Of a stretch of 64,000 bases of DNA, positions 28,366-36,965 are shown one piece after another; the stretch's first letter is position 1, and the number at the start of each line of letters is the position of its first letter. The position numbers and the translations under genes are program-made. Source of the stretch: an uncultured Acidobacteriota bacterium (GTDB lineage Bacteria; Acidobacteriota; Thermoanaerobaculia; Multivoradales; SZUA-115); the NCBI GenBank assembly GCA_963805975.1, contig CAWDVR010000003.1, forward strand, positions 448,001-512,000, in the 5' to 3' direction. The notes beneath the pieces are model-generated. The model saw only the letters and a program-made list of their open reading frames with translations, ran no database searches and was not told the origin of the DNA.

Positions 28366-28478
28366 CCCCGCCCCGCTCTGTCGGCTTCTCGCGCCGGCTT
28401 GTCGCCTTGGCGCGGGGTCTGGCGCACTCTCTCAAGAGTGCAGCCCATCACACACGCTCTCGAACCGGAGGTCTCGTC

Positions 28479-28787
28479 ATGAAAAGCGCCAAGATCGCGC
28501 TCGTGCTCCTCGCCCTTCTCGTCCCCGCGCTCGCCTCGGCCGAAGGCTCGTGCCCTGCCCCGGCGGCGACTTCAGCCGATGCGCTTCTGGCCCTCCTCCA
28601 GGAGGCCCCGGCGCCAGCGCTGGACCTTTCCGGCGACGCCGCACCGACGTTCCTGTTTCCCCCACAGTGCGACAAGGCCTGGTGCTCGGAGAACCGCTGG
28701 GGCTGCCGGCAGGACTGCCTCCCCTGCGGCTACTCCTTCACCTGCTATGTGCTCGACTGCGCCTACGACTGCCACTGTCTCTGCTAG
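28479..28787 (+). CDS. Secreted pre-pro-peptide with a 10-Cys C-terminal core
   Basis: GGAGG RBS; MKSAKIALVLLALLVPALASA signal; Ala/Pro linker; CDKAWCSENRWGCRQDCLPCGYSFTCYVLDCAYDCHCLC*. Confidence 0.8.
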   Translation: MKSAKIALVLLALLVPALASAEGSCPAPAATSADALLALLQEAPAPALDLSGDAAPTFLFPPQCDKAWCSENRWGCRQDCLPCGYSFTCYVLDCAYDCHCLC

Positions 28788-28836
28788 GGCTGCGCCCCGA
28801 CACGGCCTGCTGAGTCCAGAGCCCAGCAGGAGGAGG

Positions 28837-29826
28837 TCAAGGAACCCGGCCGCCGAGGATCGCGGCCAGCTTGCTGGAGTCGATGTTGCCGCCGGAGACG
28901 ATGGCGACCACGGGACCCTCGAGGTCCCGGGCGGCAAGCGCGGCGGCAAGGGACAGCGCACCGGCGCCTTCGGCCACCACGCGATGGCGCTCCACGAGGA
29001 GGCGCACGGCCGCCGCGGCGCCGGCGAGCGAGACCACGCACGAGCCCGCGACGAGCCGTTCGGCGAGCGGCCACATCTCCGCGATCAGACCCTTGCTGCC
29101 GGCGCCGTCGACGAAGCTCGGGCGGTAGTCGATGGCGACCGGCCTGCCCTCCGCCAGCGAAGCGGCGAGCGGCGCGCCGGTCTCCACCTCGCAGGCGAAG
29201 ACCCGGACCTCGGGCCGCAGCGCCGCGAGCACCGATGCGATGCCGCAGGCGAGGCCACCGCCACCCCAGGGGACGAGCACGGTCCGCGCCTCGGGCAGGT
29301 CCTCGAGGATCTCGAGCGCGATGGTGCCGTTGCCGGCCATCACCGCACGGTCGGCGCAAGGGTGAACGAAGAGGCCTTCGAGACCGGGGTAGCGGCGCTC
29401 GAGGAGCACCTGCCACCAGAGGTCGAAGGGCACCTTCTCGACGCTCGCTCCCAGGCGCTCGATGGCCGCGAGCTTGGTCGCGGGCGCCGTTTCCGGCACC
29501 ACCGCGGTGGCGGGCACGCCGAGCTCGCGCGCGGCCCACGCCACGCCCTGCGCCATGTTGCCCGCGCTCGCGGTGTAGACGCCGCGGGCGAGCTCCTCGC
29601 GCGGCGCCGCGAGCAGTGCGTTCGCCGCCGCTCGCAGCTTGAAAGAGCCGATGGGCTGCAGGTTCTCGAGCTTCAGGTAGACGGGAAAGGGCGGAGCGCC
29701 GGCCAGGCCGGCGCTGTCGAGGCGCACCAGCGGCGTGCGCACCGCCATGCCGGCGATGCGCTCGCGGGCGGCATGCACCTCATCCAGGCTCGGGGCGTCG
29801 AGGCTCGGCGCCTCAAGCGGGGGCGT
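28837..29826 (-). CDS. PLP-dependent threonine/serine dehydratase (or racemase)
   Basis: VRTPL, LKLENLQPIGSFKLR, SAGNMAQG, GGGGL, AEGAGA, VSGGNID. Start uncertain (ACG 29826 after GGAGGA). Confidence 0.88.
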   Translation of the reverse strand, partial: TPPLEAPSLDAPSLDEVHAARERIAGMAVRTPLVRLDSAGLAGAPPFPVYLKLENLQPIGSFKLRAAANALLAAPREELARGVYTASAGNMAQGVAWAARELGVPATAVVPETAPATKLAAIERLGASVEKVPFDLWWQVLLERRYPGLEGLFVHPCADRAVMAGNGTIALEILEDLPEARTVLVPWGGGGLACGIASVLAALRPEVRVFACEVETGAPLAASLAEGRPVAIDYRPSFVDGAGSKGLIAEMWPLAERLVAGSCVVSLAGAAAAVRLLVERHRVVAEGAGALSLAAALAARDLEGPVVAIVSGGNIDSSKLAAILGGRVP

Positions 29827-30844
29827 GGCTTCCTCCGGTTGCGAGCGGCGTGCCGCGCCCGGCCGCCAGCGCCGCGAGATACACGTGCCGGGCCGCCGCC
29901 GCGTCCTCGGCCCCCAGGCCCAGCGACTTGAAGAGGGTGACCTGGGCGCCGTCCTGGCGGCCTGCGATCGTGCCGGCGAGCGCCTCGCCCAGCTCGCCGG
30001 CAACACAGCTCTCCTCCAGCTCTCCCTGCCGGAGCGGGATCAGGAGGTCCCCGGCTTCGTTCCACGCCGACTCCCGCCGGTCGACGAACACCCGCGCGCG
30101 GCGGATGGCCTCGGTGTCGAGCTCGCGCGTCGCCGGGGTGCAGGCGCCCACGGCGTTGACGTGGCAGCCGGGGGCGAGCCAGCGCCCGAAGACGATCGGC
30201 TCCCGGGCGGCGGAGACCGTGCAGACGATCCCGGCGCCGGTGATCGATTCCTCGGGCGTTGCGGCCACCTCGATCGGGAGGCCCCAGCGCCGAGACTCCT
30301 CGGCGGCGAAGCGCTCCGCGCTCGCCGGCGTCCGGCTCCAGACCCGCACCCGCGAGAGCGGGCGGACCGCCTGCACGGCTTCCAGATGGCTCCTGGCCTG
30401 CGTGCCGGTTCCCAGCAGGGCGAGGTCGGAAGCCTCGGGCCGGGCGAGGAGGCGGGTCGCGACCGCGCTCACCGCGGCGGTGCGGATGGCGGTGATCGAG
30501 GCGGCGTCGAGCACGGCCAAGGGCCGGCCGGCGCCGGCTTCGAAGAGCAGCACGAAGCCGAGATGGGTCTCCTCCGATTTCTCCCAGTTCGCGGGGAACA
30601 CGGTGAGAGCCTTGAGCGCCATCACCGCGGGTTCCGTGCCGCGGGCCGGAAGGGCGGACGGCATGGTGCCCAGGAGGCCACGCCGGTCGGGAAGCCACAG
30701 GGCCGAGCGCAGCGGCTGCAACGCCTCGCCGCGGGAGAGCTCCGCCAGCGTCGAGGCCATCACCTCGATGCACTCCGCCATCGGGAGCAGTGCCTCGACG
30801 TCGCGTCGGCCGAGGAAGAGAGGGTCTTCTCGTGCTCGCTCCAT
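29813..30844 (-). CDS. Ornithine cyclodeaminase/mu-crystallin family protein
   Basis: ITAIRTAAVS, GTGTQA, HVNAVGA, FKSLGLGAED; AAGGAG RBS before ATG 30844. Confidence 0.92.
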   Translation of the reverse strand: MERAREDPLFLGRRDVEALLPMAECIEVMASTLAELSRGEALQPLRSALWLPDRRGLLGTMPSALPARGTEPAVMALKALTVFPANWEKSEETHLGFVLLFEAGAGRPLAVLDAASITAIRTAAVSAVATRLLARPEASDLALLGTGTQARSHLEAVQAVRPLSRVRVWSRTPASAERFAAEESRRWGLPIEVAATPEESITGAGIVCTVSAAREPIVFGRWLAPGCHVNAVGACTPATRELDTEAIRRARVFVDRRESAWNEAGDLLIPLRQGELEESCVAGELGEALAGTIAGRQDGAQVTLFKSLGLGAEDAAAARHVYLAALAAGRGTPLATGGSHAPA

Positions 30845-30909
30845 CAACAAATCTCCTTCTCGGTCCTGCAACGCTGGCACCAGGATACCCGGAACGTTGC
30901 AGAAACCTC

Positions 30910-30940
30910 TTGCACCTCACGCAGCGTGAGGTTCTAGCAT
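30910..30940 (+). promoter_or_regulatory. MerR-type promoter with 19-bp spacer and dyad operator
   Basis: TTGCAC-N19-TAGCAT containing the perfect inverted repeat ACCTCACGC-A-GCGTGAGGT. Confidence 0.85.
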
Positions 30941-30979
30941 GCTCCGCGTGGCCACGAAGCACCTCGTGCCGCGAGGAGG

Positions 30980-31729
30980 ATGGACATGAAACCGTTGCCT
31001 TGGAAGGTCGGAGAGCTGGCTCGCCGGACCGGGTTGTCGGTGCGTGCCCTCCACCACTACGACGAGATCGGCCTGCTGCGGCCGTCGCTGCGCAGTGCCG
31101 CCGGCCATCGCCTGTACGACCTGCGCGACGTCTCCCGGCTGCAGCAGATCCAGTCGTTGCGCAGCATGGGGTTTCCCCTGGAGGAGATCCGGCGGTTTCT
31201 CGAGAGCCCCGGCGTCTCTCCGCAGCGCGTCATCCACCTTCATGTCGCCCGGCTGCGCGAGCAGATCTCGCTCGCGACGCGGCTGGCCGAGCGCCTGCAG
31301 GCGGTGGCGCACCCCTTGGGCTCCGCGGAGATGGTCTCCGTGGACGAGCTCTGCAAAACCATTGAGGACATGAGCATGTTCGACCAATACTTTACGACCG
31401 AGCAACTCGAAGAGCTGCGCGTGCGGGGCGAGCAGACCGGCCCCGCGCGCATGGAAGAGGTGGGCCGCGAATGGGCCGAGCTCATCCCCGCGATGCGCGC
31501 GGAGATGGAGAAGGGCTCCGACCCCGCGAGCCCGCGGGTGCAGGAGCTGGCGCGCCGCTGGAGAGGGCTCGTCCAGGAGTTCACCGGCGGCAACCCGGGG
31601 ATCGAGCAGTCGCTGCGCAACATGTATTCTCACGAAGGCCCGGCCTTGCAGCAAAGGCTCGGCAACGTGCCGGACCCGGAGCTGTTCGCCTACGTCTCGA
31701 AGGCCAACGCGGCGGCGAAAACTGGTTGA
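30980..31729 (+). CDS. MerR family regulator with TipAS-like antibiotic-recognition domain
   Basis: WKVGELARRTGLSVRALHHYDEIGLLRPS; C-terminal DPASPRVQELARRW..LV..FTGG. Confidence 0.9.
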   Translation: MDMKPLPWKVGELARRTGLSVRALHHYDEIGLLRPSLRSAAGHRLYDLRDVSRLQQIQSLRSMGFPLEEIRRFLESPGVSPQRVIHLHVARLREQISLATRLAERLQAVAHPLGSAEMVSVDELCKTIEDMSMFDQYFTTEQLEELRVRGEQTGPARMEEVGREWAELIPAMRAEMEKGSDPASPRVQELARRWRGLVQEFTGGNPGIEQSLRNMYSHEGPALQQRLGNVPDPELFAYVSKANAAAKTG

Positions 31730-31742
31730 AGCAGGCTTGACG

Positions 31743-31770
31743 CCCCGCCCCAGCCCCTCTCGGGGCGGGG
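31743..31770 (+). terminator. GC-rich hairpin after the MerR gene
   Basis: CCCCGCCCC-loop-GGGGCGGGG; weak U tract. Confidence 0.4.
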
Positions 31771-31852
31771 TGTTCATGCTCTTACTGCATCGGCGGAATG
31801 CAATCGCTCCGCGGTGGGTTCTTGGTGGCCGAGGTCGAAAGAGGAGGCCATT

Positions 31853-32800
31853 ATGAGGACCGTTCACGGACTGCACCACGTCACCGCCATCTCCGGGCCC
31901 GCGCAGGAGAACGTCGATTTCTACGCCGGTGTGCTCGGCATGCGGCTGGTCAAGAAGAGCGTCAACCAGGACGACCCCGGCACCTACCACCTGTTCTACG
32001 CCGATGCCGCGGGCACTCCCGGCACGGACCTGACCTTCTTCCCTTGGGCACACATGGCTCCGCCGCGGCCCGGCCACGGTCTCGCCACCGAAGTGGCGCT
32101 CGCCGTGCCGCCGGGCACGCTCGAACACTGGGGCGCCCGCCTCGAGCGCTACGGCACGCCGTTGAGTGCCCTCGAGACCCGCTTCGGCGAGCGCGCTCTG
32201 CCGCTGGTCGACCCGCACGGCATGCGGGTGGCGCTGGTCGAGGCCGCGGACGCGCTCTCGCGGCCGTTCGTGCCCTTCGAGGACAGCCCGGTCGAGGTCG
32301 CGAGCCAGATCCGTGGTCTCCACGGCGCGCGGCTCTCCGAGCGGAGCCTTTCACTGACCGCGGGCTTCCTCACCGGCAACATGGGCTTCGAGGCGGCGGG
32401 CTCCGAGGACGGCTGGCACCGCTTCACGGTGGCCGGGGGCGGCTCCGGCCGCTTCGTGGACGTGGCCGAGGCACCGGGCGCTCCGCGCGGCTCCTGGGGC
32501 GTGGGTTCCATCCACCACCTCGCCTGGCGGGTGGAGGACCAGGCCCACCAGCTCGAGGTGCGGGAGCGGGTGGCCGAGGCCGCACGGCCGACGCCGGTGA
32601 TCGACCGCTTCTGGTTCCAGTCGGTGTACTTCAAGGAGCCGGGCGGGGTGCTCTTCGAGCTGGCCACGGACGGCCCCGGCTTCGCCGTGGACGAGGCCCC
32701 CGAGCACCTCGGCGAGTCTCTGGTGCTGCCGCCCTGGCTCGAGGGCCAGCGGCGGGAGATCGAGGGAGTGCTGCCGGTGCTCAGCTTGCCGAGCGAGTAG
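31853..32800 (+). CDS. Ring-cleaving dioxygenase (MhqO/VOC family)
   Basis: GLHHVTAI, VKKSVNQDDPGTYHLFY, IHHLAW, IDRFWFQSVYFKEPGGVLFELATDGPGF. Confidence 0.92.
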   Translation: MRTVHGLHHVTAISGPAQENVDFYAGVLGMRLVKKSVNQDDPGTYHLFYADAAGTPGTDLTFFPWAHMAPPRPGHGLATEVALAVPPGTLEHWGARLERYGTPLSALETRFGERALPLVDPHGMRVALVEAADALSRPFVPFEDSPVEVASQIRGLHGARLSERSLSLTAGFLTGNMGFEAAGSEDGWHRFTVAGGGSGRFVDVAEAPGAPRGSWGVGSIHHLAWRVEDQAHQLEVRERVAEAARPTPVIDRFWFQSVYFKEPGGVLFELATDGPGFAVDEAPEHLGESLVLPPWLEGQRREIEGVLPVLSLPSE

Positions 32801-32855
32801 ATCGAGGCGGCCGGCGCGGATGACGACGGTCATCCGCGCCGGCTGTCGGTCCTGT

Positions 32856-33179
32856 TTACCAGGAAGCTTCGATGGTCACGTCGATGTCGTTGAGGAAGAC
32901 GAATCCGCCCCGCTGACCCTGGGTCTGGACCACCTCGTAGCTGACGCGCTGGTCGCAACAGCCGGCGCAGGTCTCGGCGTTGGAGATGGCGTCTTCGAGC
33001 GCGGCCTGGAAGTCGCCGGTACTGTCGGTGCCGGTGTAGAAGCCGGGGTTGTTGCAGGCACCGCGTGCGGCCTTCTCCTCGGCCTGGGCGCCGGCGGGCA
33101 CGGTCGGTCCGGCGAGAAGCAGGGCGATTGCCGAGGCCGCGACGGTCAGGGTGACGAGGGCGAGCAGTTTCTTGGCCAT
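32856..33179 (-). CDS. Small secreted protein with dodecin-like domain and four Cys
   Basis: AAGGAG RBS; signal peptide; GTDSTGDFQAALEDAISNA ... YEVVQTQG ... VTIEASW. Confidence 0.75.
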   Translation of the reverse strand: MAKKLLALVTLTVAASAIALLLAGPTVPAGAQAEEKAARGACNNPGFYTGTDSTGDFQAALEDAISNAETCAGCCDQRVSYEVVQTQGQRGGFVFLNDIDVTIEASW

Positions 33180-33447
33180 GGTTTCTCCTTGTGGGTAGAC
33201 GCATTGCGCTTAGCGCACATGCGCAGTTTCCATGCATAACAGTGCCGTGGTTTGCTCGGGGCGGGACACCGCGGCACGGCTGACCGTCCCATCAGGAAAG
33301 ACGCAAGGCGCTCGGCTTTCGGGCCAACGGCCCTAGAATCTTCGGCATGCCCACACCAGGGTTCCGGCGAGGCACCGCAGTCCTTTGTGGCCTCCTGCTG
33401 CTCGACGTGTTGACCGCGAAGATGAACACCTGGATGGCGAGGTGACG

Positions 33448-34752
33448 ATGAAACGTCCGGCCGCGCTCTCGTTGCTCTTCGTCGCTGCAGTCTTGGGGGT
33501 CGCTGCAGTCTCGGGTGCGCCCGCGCCCACGGTCGAGATGGTGCCGGCGCCCGGCGCGGGCGAGCACTGGCCGCGCTGGCGGGGCCCTTCGGGTCAGGGG
33601 CTGGTGGAGGACGCCGGCTACGTGGACCGCTGGTCCGCGAGCGAGAACGTGCGCTGGAAGGTGCCGGTCCCCGGCCGCGGCAACTCCTCGCCCGTGGTAT
33701 GGGGCGAGAGGATCTTCCTCACCACCGCCTACGAGGAGGGCGCCCGCCGCTCGCTCCTCGCCTTCGACCGCACCACCGGCCGCAAGCTCTGGGAGACCTT
33801 CGCGCCGCAGGCGGCGCCGGAGAGCGCCCACCCCAAGAACGGCCTCGCCTCCTCGACTCCGACGACAGACGGGGAGCGCGTGTACGCCTATCTGGGCAAC
33901 CACGGCCTGCTGGCGGTGACGGTCGAGGGCCGGCAGGTCTGGCACCGGGCCCTGGGGAGCTTCGAGGCCTACCACGGCACCGCGTCCTCGCCGCTCCTCC
34001 TGGGCGAGCGGCTGATCGTGGCGCAGGACCACCGCGGCGAGATGGGCTCGTTCCTCGCCGCCTTCGATCGCCAGACCGGCAAGCCGCTCTGGCGCACGCC
34101 GCGCGAGGCCGAGGTGGGCTGGAACTCGCCGGTGGCGGTCAAGGTCGGCGAGCGCGAAGAGGTGGTGGTCAGCGGCCAGCAGGCCGTGATGGCCTACGAC
34201 CCCGCGACAGGCCGTGAGCTCTGGCGGGCGCGCGGCAACACCTTCGAGGCGATCCCCACGCCGGTGGTGGGCGAGGGGCTCGTGTTCTGCTCCTCGGGGC
34301 GCGCCGGTCCAACGCTCGCCATCCGGCCCGGCGGCAGCGGCGACGTCACCGGCACCCACATCGCGTGGCAGGCCGCCAAGGGCTCGCCCTTCGTGCCTTC
34401 GCCGGTGGTCTACGGGGGGCGGCTCTACATGGTGAACGACATGGCCGCCATCGCCACCGCGTACGAGGCGGCGAGCGGCAAGCTGCTGTGGCAGGGCCGC
34501 CTCGGCACCGCCGAGAAGGAAGGCTTCTCGGCCTCGCCCGTGGCCTTCGGCGGCAAGGTCTTCTTCATCAACGACGAGGGCGAGACCTTCGTACTCAAGG
34601 CCGGGGACGAGTTCGAGATCCTCGCCGTCAACCGCCTGGGCGAGCGCGTGCTGTCCTCGCCGGCCCTGGTCGGCGGCACCTGGTATTTCCGAACCGAAGG
34701 CCATCTCCTGGCAGTGGCCCCGGCCCCTGCCGCGCAAGGAAGGAAAAGCTGA
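33448..34752 (+). CDS. Secreted PQQ-like beta-propeller (BamB-like) protein
   Basis: WPRWRGPSGQG, NVRWKVPVPGRGNSSP, repeated AxDxxTGxxxW. Confidence 0.9.
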   Translation: MKRPAALSLLFVAAVLGVAAVSGAPAPTVEMVPAPGAGEHWPRWRGPSGQGLVEDAGYVDRWSASENVRWKVPVPGRGNSSPVVWGERIFLTTAYEEGARRSLLAFDRTTGRKLWETFAPQAAPESAHPKNGLASSTPTTDGERVYAYLGNHGLLAVTVEGRQVWHRALGSFEAYHGTASSPLLLGERLIVAQDHRGEMGSFLAAFDRQTGKPLWRTPREAEVGWNSPVAVKVGEREEVVVSGQQAVMAYDPATGRELWRARGNTFEAIPTPVVGEGLVFCSSGRAGPTLAIRPGGSGDVTGTHIAWQAAKGSPFVPSPVVYGGRLYMVNDMAAIATAYEAASGKLLWQGRLGTAEKEGFSASPVAFGGKVFFINDEGETFVLKAGDEFEILAVNRLGERVLSSPALVGGTWYFRTEGHLLAVAPAPAAQGRKS

Positions 34753-36179
34753 TGCTGCACCGTTTCGTGGCCTTGGCCCTGCTGCTCGCCTCGCTCACCT
34801 CCCCGGCCTCCGCCGAGGCGCCGCGGCGATTGCAGCTCGTGTTCGACGCCTCGGGCTCGATGTGGGCCCAGATCGGCGGCGAACCGCGGATCACCATCGC
34901 CCGCCGGGTACTGGCAGACATCGTGGGCAAGCAGCCGCCCGGCACCGAGGTCGGCCTGGTGGCCTACGGCCACCGTCGCGAGGCGGACTGCCAGGACATC
35001 GAGGTCCTGGTGCCCATGGGGCCGGTGACGCCGGCCGCCGTGAAGGGCCGCCTCGAAGCGATACAGCCCAAGGGCAAGACGCCGATCGGCGCCTCGGTGC
35101 GCGAGGCGTTCCGCCTGGTGCGCGAGGGTGGCAAGCCGGCGACGGTGATCCTGTTGAGCGATGGCCTCGAGACCTGCGGCACCGACCCCTGCGCCATCGT
35201 CCGGGAAGCGAAGGCGGGCGGCCTCGACTTCCTGCTGCACGTGGTGGGCTTCGGCATCGAGGAGGCCGACCTCTCCTCCCTCGAGTGCATGGCCCAGGCC
35301 GGCGGCGGCCTGTTCTTCGACGCTCGCGACGCCAGCGGCCTGGCCTCCGCGCTGGCGGGTGCGGTGGCGCCGCCGCCCGCCGCCGGCGGCGAAGAGCTGC
35401 GCGTGGGGGCCAAGGCCGACGGCAAGCTGGTGGATGCCACGGTGCAGGTCTTCCCGCGCGGCGGCAAGCAGGAGATCGCGACGGGCCGCACCTATGCCGT
35501 GCCCGGCACCAACCCGCGGACCCTGCTGCTGCCGGCCGGGAGCTACGACGTGGCGGTTACGGCGGTCACCATCTCCGGTGCCAGCCAACGCTTCGACGCG
35601 GTGAGGGTCGAGGAAGGCAAGCCGGCAGCGGTGACCGCGGACTTCTCGACCGGCGAGATCGTGGTCCGGGTGCAGCGCAACGGAGGCCTTTCCGACGCCA
35701 CGCTCGAGGTGATCTCCACGACTGAGAAGAAAGCGGTGGCGCAGGGCCGGAGCTACACCCAGGCCGCCTCCAACCCCAAGCGGTTCCGCGTGCCGGCCGG
35801 GGCCTACGAAGTGGTAGTGAGATCGGTCGAGATCGCGGGCAAGCCGGAGCAGCGCCTCCCGGCCACGGTGGCGCCCGGCAAGCCGGTGGAGCTCACCGCG
35901 GCGTTCGAGAGCGGCACGCTCCGGGTGGGCGCCACGGCAGGCGGGACGCTGGTGGACGCCACCGTGACGGTGGTGGGGGCCGGCGGCAAGGAGGCAGACC
36001 GCTGCCGCACCTATGACAAGCCGACCTCCAACCCGTGCAGCTTCGTCCTCCCTCCCGGCGCCTACAAAGTGGAGGTCGCGGCCGTCAAGCTAGCAGGCCA
36101 GCCCCGGCGCCAGCTCTCGGCGACGGTAGCGGCGGGTGGGGAGGCTACGTTGACGGCGGATCTGAGTACCAAGCCTTGA
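34752..36179 (+). CDS. Secreted VWA-domain protein with three repeated beta-sandwich domains
   Basis: FDASGSM MIDAS, GKTPI, LSDGLETC; threefold repeat DAT(V/L).V...GR(T/S)Y....NP...(L/V)P.G.Y.V.V. Confidence 0.87.
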   Translation: MLHRFVALALLLASLTSPASAEAPRRLQLVFDASGSMWAQIGGEPRITIARRVLADIVGKQPPGTEVGLVAYGHRREADCQDIEVLVPMGPVTPAAVKGRLEAIQPKGKTPIGASVREAFRLVREGGKPATVILLSDGLETCGTDPCAIVREAKAGGLDFLLHVVGFGIEEADLSSLECMAQAGGGLFFDARDASGLASALAGAVAPPPAAGGEELRVGAKADGKLVDATVQVFPRGGKQEIATGRTYAVPGTNPRTLLLPAGSYDVAVTAVTISGASQRFDAVRVEEGKPAAVTADFSTGEIVVRVQRNGGLSDATLEVISTTEKKAVAQGRSYTQAASNPKRFRVPAGAYEVVVRSVEIAGKPEQRLPATVAPGKPVELTAAFESGTLRVGATAGGTLVDATVTVVGAGGKEADRCRTYDKPTSNPCSFVLPPGAYKVEVAAVKLAGQPRRQLSATVAAGGEATLTADLSTKP

Positions 36180-36206
36180 CCGAACGGCACAGCAGGTACT
36201 CCACGC

Positions 36207-36623
36207 TCAGGGGTAGGAATCCGGCAGGAGCTGGAAGGCCCCGAGCCGGGCCGGCCGGTAGATCGAGAAGTCTCTCTGATCCAGCGTGAAAATCTTGTTG
36301 AGCCGCTCGCGCTCGGCGACTGTCACTAGGGCTGCGTCGGCCAAGTCCATCGGCAGATCCTGATACTTCCGCATCAGCTCGCGCATCCGGGGAGCGTCGG
36401 TCTCGCCGAGCGGCAGGAGGGCCAGAGCCTGACGTTCGACGAGCTCCCAGAGCGCGTCCTGCGCCTGCCACGAGAAGCCGAGCAGGTACATCGCTTCGAC
36501 GAAGGCGGGCCATACTGTACCCAAGGGCTCGCCGAACGATTGGAACGCCTTCGAGCAACGGAGGTGGTGCCGGTCGTCCTTGTGGATCAGGGCAACGAGC
36601 GGACCGGCATCGACGAGGATCAC
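36207..36623 (-). CDS. vapC: VapC PIN-domain toxin
   Basis: MILVDAGPLVAL, E42-like acidic residue, PMDLADAALV, IFTLDQRDF. Confidence 0.92.
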   Translation of the reverse strand: MILVDAGPLVALIHKDDRHHLRCSKAFQSFGEPLGTVWPAFVEAMYLLGFSWQAQDALWELVERQALALLPLGETDAPRMRELMRKYQDLPMDLADAALVTVAERERLNKIFTLDQRDFSIYRPARLGAFQLLPDSYP

Positions 36624-36886
36624 GGCCTTTGAGCTCTCCGCTGGGCGAGCACCTCACCGAATTTCTTTCCGGTCTCGATGGAGAGGTCGGGAGAGCCACC
36701 GGAGACGCAGCCGATGAGGTCGGCGACCCGTTGGAAGGGGGTCGCGAAGGTCATCTGCTCGGTGGTGTCGCGGGCGAGGCCGCGAATCGCTTCCCGCAGG
36801 ACCTCGGACTTGGTCAGAGATCTCCGCCTGGCCAGGCTCTCCAGGAGGCGTTCGGTCTCAGGATCCAGGCGCACGCTCGTCGGCAT
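36620..36886 (-). CDS. vapB: CopG/RHH antitoxin (VapB)
   Basis: MPTSVRLDPETERLLESLARRRSLTKSEVLREAI; DLS motif; overlaps the vapC start. Confidence 0.87.
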   Translation of the reverse strand: MPTSVRLDPETERLLESLARRRSLTKSEVLREAIRGLARDTTEQMTFATPFQRVADLIGCVSGGSPDLSIETGKKFGEVLAQRRAQRP

Positions 36887-36896
36887 GGGCCACCTC

Positions 36897-36916
36897 GTAG
36901 TACAAAACTGTACTAC
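36897..36916. promoter_or_regulatory. Palindromic operator overlapping the vapBC -10 box
   Basis: GTAGTACA-AAAC-TGTACTAC; minus strand TTGCGG-N17-TACAGT. Confidence 0.75.
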
Positions 36917-36965
36917 AGGGGCTCCATGGCCGCAACGAGGGGGCAAGCCCTCGAAGCTCGTCTCC

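Noticed and set aside
28479-28787. RiPP (ranthipeptide/lanthipeptide) precursor
   Set aside because: Has a Sec signal peptide and no adjacent radical SAM, Lan or YcaO enzyme; disulfide bonding is the simpler reading.
33232-33247. Sigma-54-like site (CGGCAC-TGTTA-TGCA, minus strand) upstream of the dodecin-like gene
   Set aside because: GG-to-GC spacing is 9 nt rather than the required 10.
33481-33513. Tandem 18-bp duplication GTCGCTGCAGTCT in a signal peptide (a similar short duplication lies near 58610-58646)
   Set aside because: In-frame slippage in tolerant regions; no sign of function.
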